NCBI GenBank assembly: GCA_018897155.1
Contig: JAHILE010000048.1
Coordinates: 1,385-65,384, forward strand
Direction: 5' to 3'
DNA from: Nanobdellota archaeon
Lineage (GTDB): Archaea; EX4484-52; LFW-46
Length of the DNA stretch: 64,000 nucleotides
Made by a program: the position numbers and the translations under genes. The notes below the pieces were generated by a model. The model did no database searches, was not told where the DNA came from, and worked only from the letters and a program-made list of their open reading frames with translations. This document shows, piece by piece, positions 51,532 to 58,858 of this stretch. The stretch's first letter is position 1. Every line of letters begins with the position of its first letter.

Positions 51532-52308
51532 CTACGGCTTTGTTCTGATTATCTTATAGTAAGTGACATCACCTTCTTCATCTACAATAGCCATAAGAGC
51601 GGTCGCCCTTATGTTGTGAGAAAGCCTCACATATCTCGACCATTCCTGAGGCATTAGCATGTGGTTTTCAGAATATGCATGAACATTATATTTTGTATGC
51701 TCTTTGGTTTCCTTGCTGCCTTCTTTGTAGGGATTCACGCCCCTGTCGTAAACTCTAAAATGCGTTCCGAATTTGAAGCCGGATTTTACGATATAACCGC
51801 GGTTTCTTAAATCCCTGTAAACAGTAAATTTCTGCGGGAACTCCTTATCAACAATCATGCATTTTTCATAGAATACCTGTGAAGTTATGGGTTTTCCTTC
51901 ATAGTTAATTTTTATGTGTCCTCGGTCAATCAGAAGCATCGCTTCCTCCAGGCTTAGCTGAAGATAAGTTACTTTTTCCTCATCAATCCATTTTCCGAAA
52001 TATTTCTCTGAATATATCCGATTCCCTTCGTCCTTGCTCCAAACAACGACCTTGCTTTCAAGGAATTCCGCATTTGCAAGAATTTCGCCGATCTTAAATA
52101 AGGGTTGAGCCTCCGGCTTTTGCATCTCAATAGTGTCTGAGACTTTAGAATTTTCAATTAGCTCTAGAGACTCACCAGTAAGTTCCGGATTTTCTGCAGA
52201 AGCCTTATTTTTTTGTTTTTTTGACATAAATTGCCTCAATTCAATAATATTACAATCCAAAGCATATAAGATAGGTTGTAACTCTTCTCGCTTCGCCACA
52301 TTAACCAT
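51532..52308 (-). CDS. endA: tRNA-splicing endonuclease
   Basis: YRDLRNRGYIVKSGFKFGTHFRVYDRG...KEHTKYNVHAY...VRLSHNIRATALMAIVDEEGDVTYYKI. The ORF-track GTG start at 52389 overlaps tRNA-Phe, so an ATG at 52308 or 52227 is more likely. Confidence 0.85.
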   Translation of the reverse strand: MVNVAKREELQPILYALDCNIIELRQFMSKKQKNKASAENPELTGESLELIENSKVSDTIEMQKPEAQPLFKIGEILANAEFLESKVVVWSKDEGNRIYSEKYFGKWIDEEKVTYLQLSLEEAMLLIDRGHIKINYEGKPITSQVFYEKCMIVDKEFPQKFTVYRDLRNRGYIVKSGFKFGTHFRVYDRGVNPYKEGSKETKEHTKYNVHAYSENHMLMPQEWSRYVRLSHNIRATALMAIVDEEGDVTYYKIIRTKP

Positions 52309-52366
52309 TAATCGCGAAGCTCGAAGCTTTTTTGTTTTGCAATGCATAAAACATATGCAAAACAAA

Positions 52367-52440
52367 TGGGGCCGACGTGATTTGAACACGTGACACCTAG
52401 ATCTTCAGTCTAGCGCTCTCCCAGGCTGAGCTACGGCCCC
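52367..52440 (-). tRNA. tRNA-Phe(GAA): tRNA-Phe (anticodon GAA)
   Basis: Hand fold of the reverse complement: GGGGCCG TA GCTC AGCCTGGGA GAGC G CTAGA CTGAAGA TCTAG GTGTC ACGTG TTCAAAT CACGT CGGCCCC A. No encoded CCA. Confidence 0.9.
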
Positions 52441-52444
52441 ATAG

Positions 52445-52517
52445 CGCCCTGGGCAGGACTTGAACCTGCGACAACATGGTTAACAGCCATGCACTCTACC
52501 TGCTGAGTTACCAGAGC
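52445..52517 (-). tRNA. tRNA-Asn(GTT): tRNA-Asn (anticodon GTT)
   Basis: Hand fold: GCTCTGG TA ACTC AGCAGGTA GAGT G CATGG CTGTTAA CCATG TTGTC GCAGG TTCAAGT CCTGC CCAGGGC G. One G-U pair in the acceptor stem. Lies 4 nt upstream of tRNA-Phe. Confidence 0.88.
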
Positions 52518-52604
52518 ACATATAAAGTTTTGCATTTTTGCAGCTAATCAAATATCAAAATTATGTGAATAAATGTTTATAAATCCGTTCACAGCGTTCT
52601 CGGC

Positions 52605-52629
52605 TTTTCAAATTTTCCGAATTTGAAAA
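52605..52629 (-). terminator. Hairpin immediately downstream of dcd
   Basis: Perfect 10-bp inverted repeat: TTTTCAAATT (52605-52614) and AATTTGAAAA (52620-52629). Lies 12 nt from the dcd stop. Confidence 0.4.
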
Positions 52630-52640
52630 TCCTTAGAACA

Positions 52641-53249
52641 TTACGCTTTCTTCACTTCATCCGCCCTGCTTTGGCTCGCGCCGCGTTCATTAAAGTATTT
52701 CGCGGTCTTTTTCGCGCCGTAAGGCACTTCCGCTGGGCTTGAAAGCAATTCAAGAACAAGCTGGCATATCCGCATACCAGGCGTCAGCTTTATCGGAAGC
52801 TTCCCTATATTTGCAAGCTCAAGCGTCAAATGACCTTTGTATCCTGCATCAACAACGCCTGCGGTGCTGTGCACTTGCAAGCCCAATCTGCCAAGCGAGC
52901 TTCTGCCCTCAAGCCGGCCAACAAGATCTGTCGGCATCTCGACATGCTCCATAAGCGATGCCAGAACGAATTCTCCTGGATGAAGAACAAACGGCTTTTC
53001 GGAAATTATGAGCGTGCTATATTCATATTCCTCGATTTCTGCACCATCCGACTGCCACTCAGATATTTTTGTATCGCTAAATGTCGCAGGATCTATTATG
53101 GAATGGTTCGACAGCTTGAATGTGCGGAACCGCGTGCCTAGGCGCAAATCAACAGAGCTTGCGCCCAACTGGAGCGAAAGATCAATCGGCTCGGCTTTGA
53201 AGTCGCCCTTTAAAAGGCGCGCCTTTATATCGCGGTCTGAGAGAACCAT
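52641..53249 (-). CDS. dcd: dCTP deaminase (possibly bifunctional dCTP deaminase/dUTPase)
   Basis: MVLSDRDIKARL..., GASSVDLRLG, VHSTAGVVDAGYKGHLTLEL. Confidence 0.92.
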   Translation of the reverse strand: MVLSDRDIKARLLKGDFKAEPIDLSLQLGASSVDLRLGTRFRTFKLSNHSIIDPATFSDTKISEWQSDGAEIEEYEYSTLIISEKPFVLHPGEFVLASLMEHVEMPTDLVGRLEGRSSLGRLGLQVHSTAGVVDAGYKGHLTLELANIGKLPIKLTPGMRICQLVLELLSSPAEVPYGAKKTAKYFNERGASQSRADEVKKA

Positions 53250-53301
53250 ACCACATTATTCCAAAAGAAGTTTTATAAATTATGGCGCGCGCATATAACT
53301 T

Positions 53302-53643
53302 ATGCCAGTCATACGTCTTCCAAAAGAATATTCTTTTGAAAAATTCGGAATAAAAGGCAGAACATTTGACACAAAATCTATAAACAACGCCATCAAGTTC
53401 AATATTATCGAAACCGAAAAAGGGCATGAAACGCGAATAAGGGAGAAAGAATGCACATTCCACTACTTCATAATTGAAGGCGCAGGAAATTTTGAAATTG
53501 ACGGCAACGTAAAAAGTTGCCAAAAAGGCGATTTAGTGATTGTGCGTAAAGGCGCGGCTTTTAAGTACACCGGAAAAATGAAGATGCTGTTGGTTTCGCA
53601 GCCCTGGTGGAATCCAGAGCAGGAAGAGATATTGGCAGATTAA
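53302..53643 (+). CDS. Cupin-domain protein
   Basis: HETRIREKECTFHYFIIEGAGNFEIDGNVKSCQKGDLVIVRKGAAFKYTG follows the cupin two-motif pattern. Confidence 0.65.
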   Translation: MPVIRLPKEYSFEKFGIKGRTFDTKSINNAIKFNIIETEKGHETRIREKECTFHYFIIEGAGNFEIDGNVKSCQKGDLVIVRKGAAFKYTGKMKMLLVSQPWWNPEQEEILAD

Positions 53644-54819
53644 TTAAAACCATTTCTTCTCTTTCTTCTTTTCCTCTTCCTCTTCTTTCTTCTGCACCTT
53701 CCAAACAGGCTTGAGCTTTTCGTCAAGGCCTTTTAGCGATGCTTTTGTATTGCCTACGCCGCAGGTATTTCCAACACCGACAATAAGGATTTTCTTCTTT
53801 TTAGTTTCAGTCACAAGCCGCTCAAGAATATTTACAACGCCTTCCTGCGCGTCAAAGACCTCTTTCTTCAAAGGTATTGAAGCTTCATCAGGCGCCATTT
53901 TTATCGCAATGCCGTCTGTTGGGATGTCATATTTCACCGCAACTTCTTCAATCTGCGAGCGCTCGACTCCCACACCACCCATCATGACGCCCACGCCTTC
54001 TGCAATAGAGCCGGTCTCTTCTCCTTCAAGCTTTCCTGCAGCATCTATTGTAATTATGTAGTCGATTTTCTCTTTCTTATGAAGCGCTTCAACCGCTTTG
54101 CCAAGCTTTCCAAGCGCGCTTCCAGGACCTTTTGCCTTAAGAACATATACCGTACGTCCTGCAAAAGTTTCTTTGCTCACAACAACCTCTTTTGCAACTT
54201 CATCGCCTTCTTTTGTCTTCAGGCTTGCAACAACCATTGGGCCTATCGCATCGCCAATCGGAATGCCGTCTGCAAATGCCTTTGTGGCTTTTGTATTTGC
54301 CTTTGCGACTTTCATAATCATCGGCATAATCATCTGAAGCATCATTGCATATTGCAGATTGTTCGTTTTCCGGATCATTATGACATAATGCCTTATAACT
54401 TTGTAAATTTGGTTAACCCCCATAGCGCCAATCATTGCAAATTTCAAGTTTGCTTTTTCAACCGCATCCATTTTAGGGGCAACGCTTTCGACAAAATATG
54501 AAAATCTGCGCTCGGACTGGTTCATTATGTGCTCAATCTTATGGACGATTCCATAGGGGTCCAGATCAACCGGTGGTGCGATGAAGAAATCCATAAAATT
54601 CTTTACAGCATTTTTCTGCTTTGCGTCCGGCTTGTCGCTGATTTTTTTCAGAACATATTCTTCGGACGCTTTTCGATAGCCTTCAAGCTCTTTTAGATCA
54701 CCATCAAGCTTGTAGGTCATCTGCCAGATCATAATTCTCGGATAGAGAAAGAAAAAAAGCATCATCAGTATAAACGAAATTATACCGTTATCGCCAGTCA
54801 AAAAGTTTGCATATGACAT
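53644..54819 (-). CDS. Conserved archaeal membrane-anchored protein (DUF1512-like; family assigned from memory only)
   Basis: Preferred ATG at 54819 (MSYANFLTGDNGIISFILMMLFFFLYPRIMIWQ...). Helical middle region, C-terminal ILIVGVGNTCGVGNT and a poly-Glu/Lys tail. The longer 54987 start would overlap the divergent neighbour. Confidence 0.5.
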   Translation of the reverse strand: MSYANFLTGDNGIISFILMMLFFFLYPRIMIWQMTYKLDGDLKELEGYRKASEEYVLKKISDKPDAKQKNAVKNFMDFFIAPPVDLDPYGIVHKIEHIMNQSERRFSYFVESVAPKMDAVEKANLKFAMIGAMGVNQIYKVIRHYVIMIRKTNNLQYAMMLQMIMPMIMKVAKANTKATKAFADGIPIGDAIGPMVVASLKTKEGDEVAKEVVVSKETFAGRTVYVLKAKGPGSALGKLGKAVEALHKKEKIDYIITIDAAGKLEGEETGSIAEGVGVMMGGVGVERSQIEEVAVKYDIPTDGIAIKMAPDEASIPLKKEVFDAQEGVVNILERLVTETKKKKILIVGVGNTCGVGNTKASLKGLDEKLKPVWKVQKKEEEEEKKKEKKWF

Positions 54820-54911
54820 GCAGTTACTTTTTATTTTCAGCTTTATATAGGTTAAACAACATAGTATATTATAATCGTTAATGTCGTAGTAATCACTTAA
54901 AGTGAGCAAAT

Positions 54912-55625
54912 ATGTCCGACTCAGATTCAGGTCATTCTGAAAGAAAAATCGCTGCATTGCTATTGATTGCAGTTGTTGCGGGTGCAATAGGCATTTATAG
55001 TTATGGGCAGGAACATCCGGAAAGCATGGATTCTTTCAGCTCTGTTTTTAAAAGCATAACTTTGCCGACGGGTTTTGCAATTTTCGGAAGCGAAAAATCG
55101 GAAGAACTTGTAATTGATGCAGAACTGATATTTGATATGCCTCCAACTGCTGAGGCAGAAATCAAAAGCCCCGCAGAATCCATACTAATTTCATTTGCAA
55201 ATCCGAACAATACATTTATAATAGAGAACACACCATGGCAATATCCTTCAAAAACAGAAATCATTCTTAAAAACTACACCGGTAAAATAGGTATTTCAGC
55301 TCCAACTTCGATAAAAGGTATTGCAAAAGGAGTTACTGTAAATTCGGCAACGATTCCATATTCGGACAAGAGTATCAGCGTATCCGCATCTTCTTTTGCA
55401 TTTGATTATATTGCTTTCAATAATGTATTGGGATTGAATCTGGAACTTAAAAACATAAGCGGAACCATAAAGGCAAAGAACAGCAAGAACTCCGCAGTAT
55501 ATACGGTTTCAAACAGCATTCTTTCACTTTCCTCTTTTTCGGGCGATATAACATACTATGGAACAAAACTCATTCTTCAAGGCTCCGGAAAAATTGACAC
55601 CGAGCTGTTAGGGGTAAAAAAGTAA
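54912..55625 (+). CDS. Membrane-anchored hypothetical protein
   Basis: N-terminal TM helix IAALLLIAVVAGAIGIYSY, then a beta-rich Ser/Thr/Ile ectodomain. Confidence 0.55.
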   Translation: MSDSDSGHSERKIAALLLIAVVAGAIGIYSYGQEHPESMDSFSSVFKSITLPTGFAIFGSEKSEELVIDAELIFDMPPTAEAEIKSPAESILISFANPNNTFIIENTPWQYPSKTEIILKNYTGKIGISAPTSIKGIAKGVTVNSATIPYSDKSISVSASSFAFDYIAFNNVLGLNLELKNISGTIKAKNSKNSAVYTVSNSILSLSSFSGDITYYGTKLILQGSGKIDTELLGVKK

Positions 55626-55639
55626 CGGATGTTACAGCC

Positions 55640-56071
55640 ATGTTTGAAAATCTTGCACTTACAGACAGTATGATTCTTGTATTCATACTTGCGGCTTTTC
55701 TTGTGATAGGATACAAGGTCCTGTCGATATTGAAAAATGTTGCGATAATAGCGTTTCTTGCATACATATTTCCGCTCGTTCTGAACAACATTTTCGGCGC
55801 GTCTTTTCAGACCGGCTTTGAAGCGCAACTGCATTACGTCACTATTGCTCTTGGGCTATATCTTGTGTATGAAGTCCTTGAGCTATTTGTCGGAATTGGC
55901 AGCATAATTTTTGGAATTTTCGAAATTCTTGCAATGCCAATTGTGTGGATATATGATGCGATAAAGGCGCTTCTTGGCGGGAAGAAGAAAATGAAAGAAA
56001 TAAAGAAAGAGAAACAAAAAGAGAAGGAGACAAATAATGATGATGAAAATCATACGGTTTCAAAAAATTGA
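55640..56071 (+). CDS. Multi-pass membrane hypothetical protein with Lys/Glu tail
   Basis: Four hydrophobic segments. C-terminal KKKMKEIKKEKQKEKETNNDDEN. Confidence 0.55.
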   Translation: MFENLALTDSMILVFILAAFLVIGYKVLSILKNVAIIAFLAYIFPLVLNNIFGASFQTGFEAQLHYVTIALGLYLVYEVLELFVGIGSIIFGIFEILAMPIVWIYDAIKALLGGKKKMKEIKKEKQKEKETNNDDENHTVSKN

Positions 56072-56607
56072 ACTGCAAATTTGCAGAATTCTATAATAAT
56101 TTCACGGTCTGTTTCAAATTCTTTCCTATTGCCCAGATACTGAAACTCTTTTCCATTTTTCAGTTCTTCTACTGTCGCGCATTTTATGTGCTTTTTTGAA
56201 ACAAGAACTATGTGCGCGTTTCTATACGGATACTCATCTCCGCCAAGGTCTTTGTAGGTAAATTCTCCACTCGCCCTGAATTTCACTTCGACAAAAAAGA
56301 CATCGTTAGTCTTTTTAGATTGAACTACGAAATCAGGCATTCTTTTGATATTTGTCGCAACATCGCCATGCACTCCTTTGAGCAAAGTCATAACACCGGG
56401 AATGCTGTTTTCCATTCCGTATCTGAAAACATTATAATTTAAAGTCAGAAATAGCTCCTCAATAATAGTCTCTGCAATGCGGCCCTTGATGACATTATAT
56501 CTGTAGTCCAATTCGTTCTCTTTTTTGCTTTCTTTTTTGAAGCAATCAAGACATAATGTATGTGTGCTGTTTTCGAGTTGCTTTCCGCATTTGGAACAAG
56601 AAACCAT
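56050..56607 (-). CDS. Zinc-ribbon plus PD-(D/E)xK (YraN/Hjc-like) nuclease-fold protein
   Basis: CSKCGKQLENSTHTLCLDC, then GRIAETIIEELF...MPDFVVQSKKTNDVFFVEVKFR (E..PD..ExK). The ORF-track start at 56616 is TTG. The ATG is at 56607. Confidence 0.55.
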   Translation of the reverse strand: MVSCSKCGKQLENSTHTLCLDCFKKESKKENELDYRYNVIKGRIAETIIEELFLTLNYNVFRYGMENSIPGVMTLLKGVHGDVATNIKRMPDFVVQSKKTNDVFFVEVKFRASGEFTYKDLGGDEYPYRNAHIVLVSKKHIKCATVEELKNGKEFQYLGNRKEFETDREIIIEFCKFAVQFFETV

Positions 56608-56682
56608 AATAAACAATGTGTTTCGGAGTTAATAAACAAGTGACTTCTTAAACTTTTTCGCGCACTATATATTTTATATCAC

Positions 56683-56884
56683 ACGGCAATGGTCTAGGGG
56701 TATGACATGAGCTTCCCACAACCGCATAATCGGTGACGTTTTTTGGCTCGAAAGAGACAAAAAAGCTTGGCACGTTAGTGCCATGACTTAGGGCGACCGC
56801 GCTTTGGCACGGTCACCTGTTTAGAGTCATCAATTATAGGCTCGGAAATAGCTTATAGCCTGGGTTCGATTCCCGGTTGCCGTA
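56683..56884 (+). tRNA. tRNA-Gly(CCC): tRNA-Gly (anticodon CCC) with a 131-nt intron at the canonical 37/38 position (intron 56719-56849)
   Basis: Acceptor stem ACGGCAA/TTGCCGT. D arm GTCT-AGGGGTA-TGAC. Anticodon stem TGAGC/GCTTA (one G-U). Anticodon loop TTCCCA|intron|A. T arm CTGGG-TTCGATT-CCCGG. Discriminator A. Nt 32-35 (TTCC) pair with the intron GGAA (56844-56847). This 4-bp helix is flanked by 3-nt bulges CA|C and AT|A, as in a bulge-helix-bulge (BHB) motif. Confidence 0.75.
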
Positions 56885-56932
56885 TATTTCATTATATTCT
56901 CAATTTAAAAATCTTGCGCCCGCACTTATTTC

Positions 56933-57478
56933 ATGGAATTCGGACTTAGCCCAAGAGAAAAAATCCTGCGCGAATTCGGCATAAGCGCGCATGATGTATG
57001 GTATGTGGGCGCGATTGACGAGCGGATATATGCAGACGAGATCCTCAAATCAAATGGCGTAACGGTGCAATCGGCAGTGCGTGAAGATGGCGGGATTAAA
57101 ATCGACCTCGATGTTGCATCTCACAAAAGCAGTGGCTCCTATAACGTAACGCTTTTTCTGGAAAAGCAATTCGAAATAGGCGGAATCGGCTATTATGCCG
57201 CAAAAATGGAAGAATCGATGCATAGATGCTTTGAAACCAGTTTCCGGCGCAGGGAGGCAGACCACCACATTCTTGCAGCCAATGAGTATGTTAAAAAGAA
57301 TCTCCAAAAAATAGGCAAAAAACATGGCTTGGGAAATATCGCATCCCATACTGAGCACAAGCCTATCCCGCCTACGATTGTAGATTATTTTTATACCTGC
57401 AAGTATGTCAATGCGAACGACCGCCTGAAAAATACTTATAATTATATAAAACAAAGATATGAGAAGGAAAGAAGGTAA
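56933..57478 (+). CDS. Hypothetical protein
   Basis: 181-aa ORF with an ATG start. Its stop is 5 nt before the CsaA-like gene. No family recognised. Confidence 0.5.
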   Translation: MEFGLSPREKILREFGISAHDVWYVGAIDERIYADEILKSNGVTVQSAVREDGGIKIDLDVASHKSSGSYNVTLFLEKQFEIGGIGYYAAKMEESMHRCFETSFRRREADHHILAANEYVKKNLQKIGKKHGLGNIASHTEHKPIPPTIVDYFYTCKYVNANDRLKNTYNYIKQRYEKERR

Positions 57479-57483
57479 GTGCT

Positions 57484-57973
57484 ATGGATGGCGATAAATT
57501 GAACATAACCTGGTCAGACTTTGAAAAAGTCGAGCTGCGCGCCGGCACAATCATAAAGGCAGAAGATTTTCCTGAAGCCAAAATCCTTTCGCAAGCTTCT
57601 CTTGCTCTAGGCTTTTCAAGCTTCGCTTGAAAAAGCCGGCATATAAGCTTCTGATTGACTTCGGCGAATTCGGGATAAAAAAATCAAGTCATGAAAATCT
57701 TCATGCATAATGTTCAGATTTTCAAGCCTTTGAAAGTTTCGCTCCGCAGTATTAATTAGCGGGGCTTCAACTATTCAAAACGCGCAAATCACAAAGCACT
57801 ACAAGAAAGATGAACTGGTCGGAAAGCAGGTAATCTGCGTGGTAAATTTCGCGCCGAAGCAAATCGGAAATTTCATATCCGAAGTTCTTACAACAGGATT
57901 TCCGGACGAGCGCGGCGATATAGTGCTGGCAGAGACTGAAAGAAAAGTACAGAACGGCGCGAAACTTATGTGA
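57484..57973 (+). pseudogene. csaA: CsaA/Trbp111-like tRNA-binding (EMAP/OB-fold) protein gene interrupted by two short insertions (50 nt and 92 nt); either a pseudogene or an unconventionally processed gene
   Basis: Three in-frame segments. Segment 1 is 57484-57582 (MDGDKLNITWSDFEKVELRAGTIIKAEDFPEAK). Segment 2 is 57633-57689 (KPAYKLLIDFGEFGIKKSS). Segment 3 is 57782-57973 ([63 protein letters not shown]). Joined, they give a 115-aa protein. By eye it is colinear with the B. subtilis CsaA pattern as I recall it (FPEAR.PA.KL.IDFG...GIK.SSAQIT..Y). Confidence 0.7.
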
Positions 57974-57976
57974 ATT

Positions 57977-58588
57977 TCAAATTTTAACGCCGGTTGCAGA
58001 AAGCTCTTTAATCAGTCCAACAAAATCCTTTTTCTCAAAATCAAAGAAGAGTGTCTTGAATCCCATGCGCGCGGGAATCTCAAGATTCTTTTTCGAGTTG
58101 TCGATAAAAACACATTCCTCTGGCTTTACTTTCAACGCGTCAAGCGCAACTTTAAATATTCGCTCTTCCTTTTTTGTCGAGCCGACATCTGCCGAAAGAA
58201 TTATGGCATCGAATTTCTCGCGCAGCCTGAACTCATCAACAATCGCGCCGAAGCGCGCTTTGGTGTTGTCGGTTATGATTCCGACTTTGTAGTTTTTGCG
58301 CAATTTTTCCGAAAGCGCAAGCATTTTTTCATTCACCGGCGTATTCCTGAATGCAGAATCAAGCAATGAAATGTCGATTTTTTTGCTGGTGCATTTGCAG
58401 AATCCTTCCCAAAAATCAGAATGAGAAATTTTCCCGGTATCAAGGCCGTTGCAATGCCTGAAATAGCACGTAAGGAGTTTCTCAAGTTCTATTCCCGTCT
58501 CATTATGCAAATTGAAGCAGACATTATAGGCTCCAAAACCGAAATTAGTAAGCACGCCGTCAAAATCAAAGAAAATGGCTTTTATCAT
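57977..58588 (-). CDS. HAD-superfamily hydrolase (subfamily IA-like)
   Basis: MIKAIFFDFDGVLT (motif I DxDG), GIITDN (motif II) and FIDNSKKN (motif III/IV region). Confidence 0.8.
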   Translation of the reverse strand: MIKAIFFDFDGVLTNFGFGAYNVCFNLHNETGIELEKLLTCYFRHCNGLDTGKISHSDFWEGFCKCTSKKIDISLLDSAFRNTPVNEKMLALSEKLRKNYKVGIITDNTKARFGAIVDEFRLREKFDAIILSADVGSTKKEERIFKVALDALKVKPEECVFIDNSKKNLEIPARMGFKTLFFDFEKKDFVGLIKELSATGVKI

Positions 58589-58652
58589 AGATATTTTTGC
58601 GCGCCAAAACTTAAATCATTATTACATTCTTACGGCGCTGATCAATCGGTTC

Positions 58653-58799
58653 TTACGCATCAACAATTTTCCAGAACTTCCTGTAATGCCTGCAGTAGCC
58701 TTTCATCTCTTTGCAGCCGTCTTTGTCGCGCACGCGCTTGTGGCTGAAAGCCATGCAGAACGTCCGCGCGCATTTTTTGCCAAGCATTTCACAGTGCAT
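58653..58799 (-). CDS. Candidate 48-aa Cys-rich basic micro-protein (MHCEMLGKKCARTFCMAFSHKRVRDKDGCKEMKGYCRHYRKFWKIVDA)
   Basis: ATG at 58799 and TAA at 58653-58655. GGGAGAT lies 5-11 nt upstream. Five Cys and three His. Fills the gap between the hydrolase genes on the same strand. Below the ORF-track length cut-off. Confidence 0.35.
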   Translation of the reverse strand: MHCEMLGKKCARTFCMAFSHKRVRDKDGCKEMKGYCRHYRKFWKIVDA

Positions 58800-58858
58800 C
58801 AGATATCTCCCGATTTATGTTCTGCACCAATTACACCAAAAACATTATATACTTTCAT

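Noticed and set aside
51532-52389. Full-length 285-aa version of the endA ORF
   Set aside because: Its GTG start and first 8 codons overlap the tRNA-Phe gene (52367-52440). Internal ATGs at 52308 or 52227 are preferred.
57580-57632. T4 gene-60-like translational bypass of the 50-nt gap (take-off AAA at 57580-57582, landing AAA at 57630-57632)
   Set aside because: The codon match is trivial because both junctions lie in A-runs. There is no stop codon directly after the take-off site. The second, 92-nt insertion has no matching take-off and landing codons in frame.
57583-57781. csaA insertions as canonical bulge-helix-bulge introns
   Set aside because: I tested all in-frame junction placements by hand. 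For insertion 1, one placement gives a 4-bp helix (AAGC 57575-57578 with GCTT 57625-57628) flanked by 3-nt bulges, but with no supporting outer or inner helices. For insertion 2, no 4-bp central helix fits either orientation. A canonical BHB is therefore not supported, though relaxed motifs cannot be excluded by eye.
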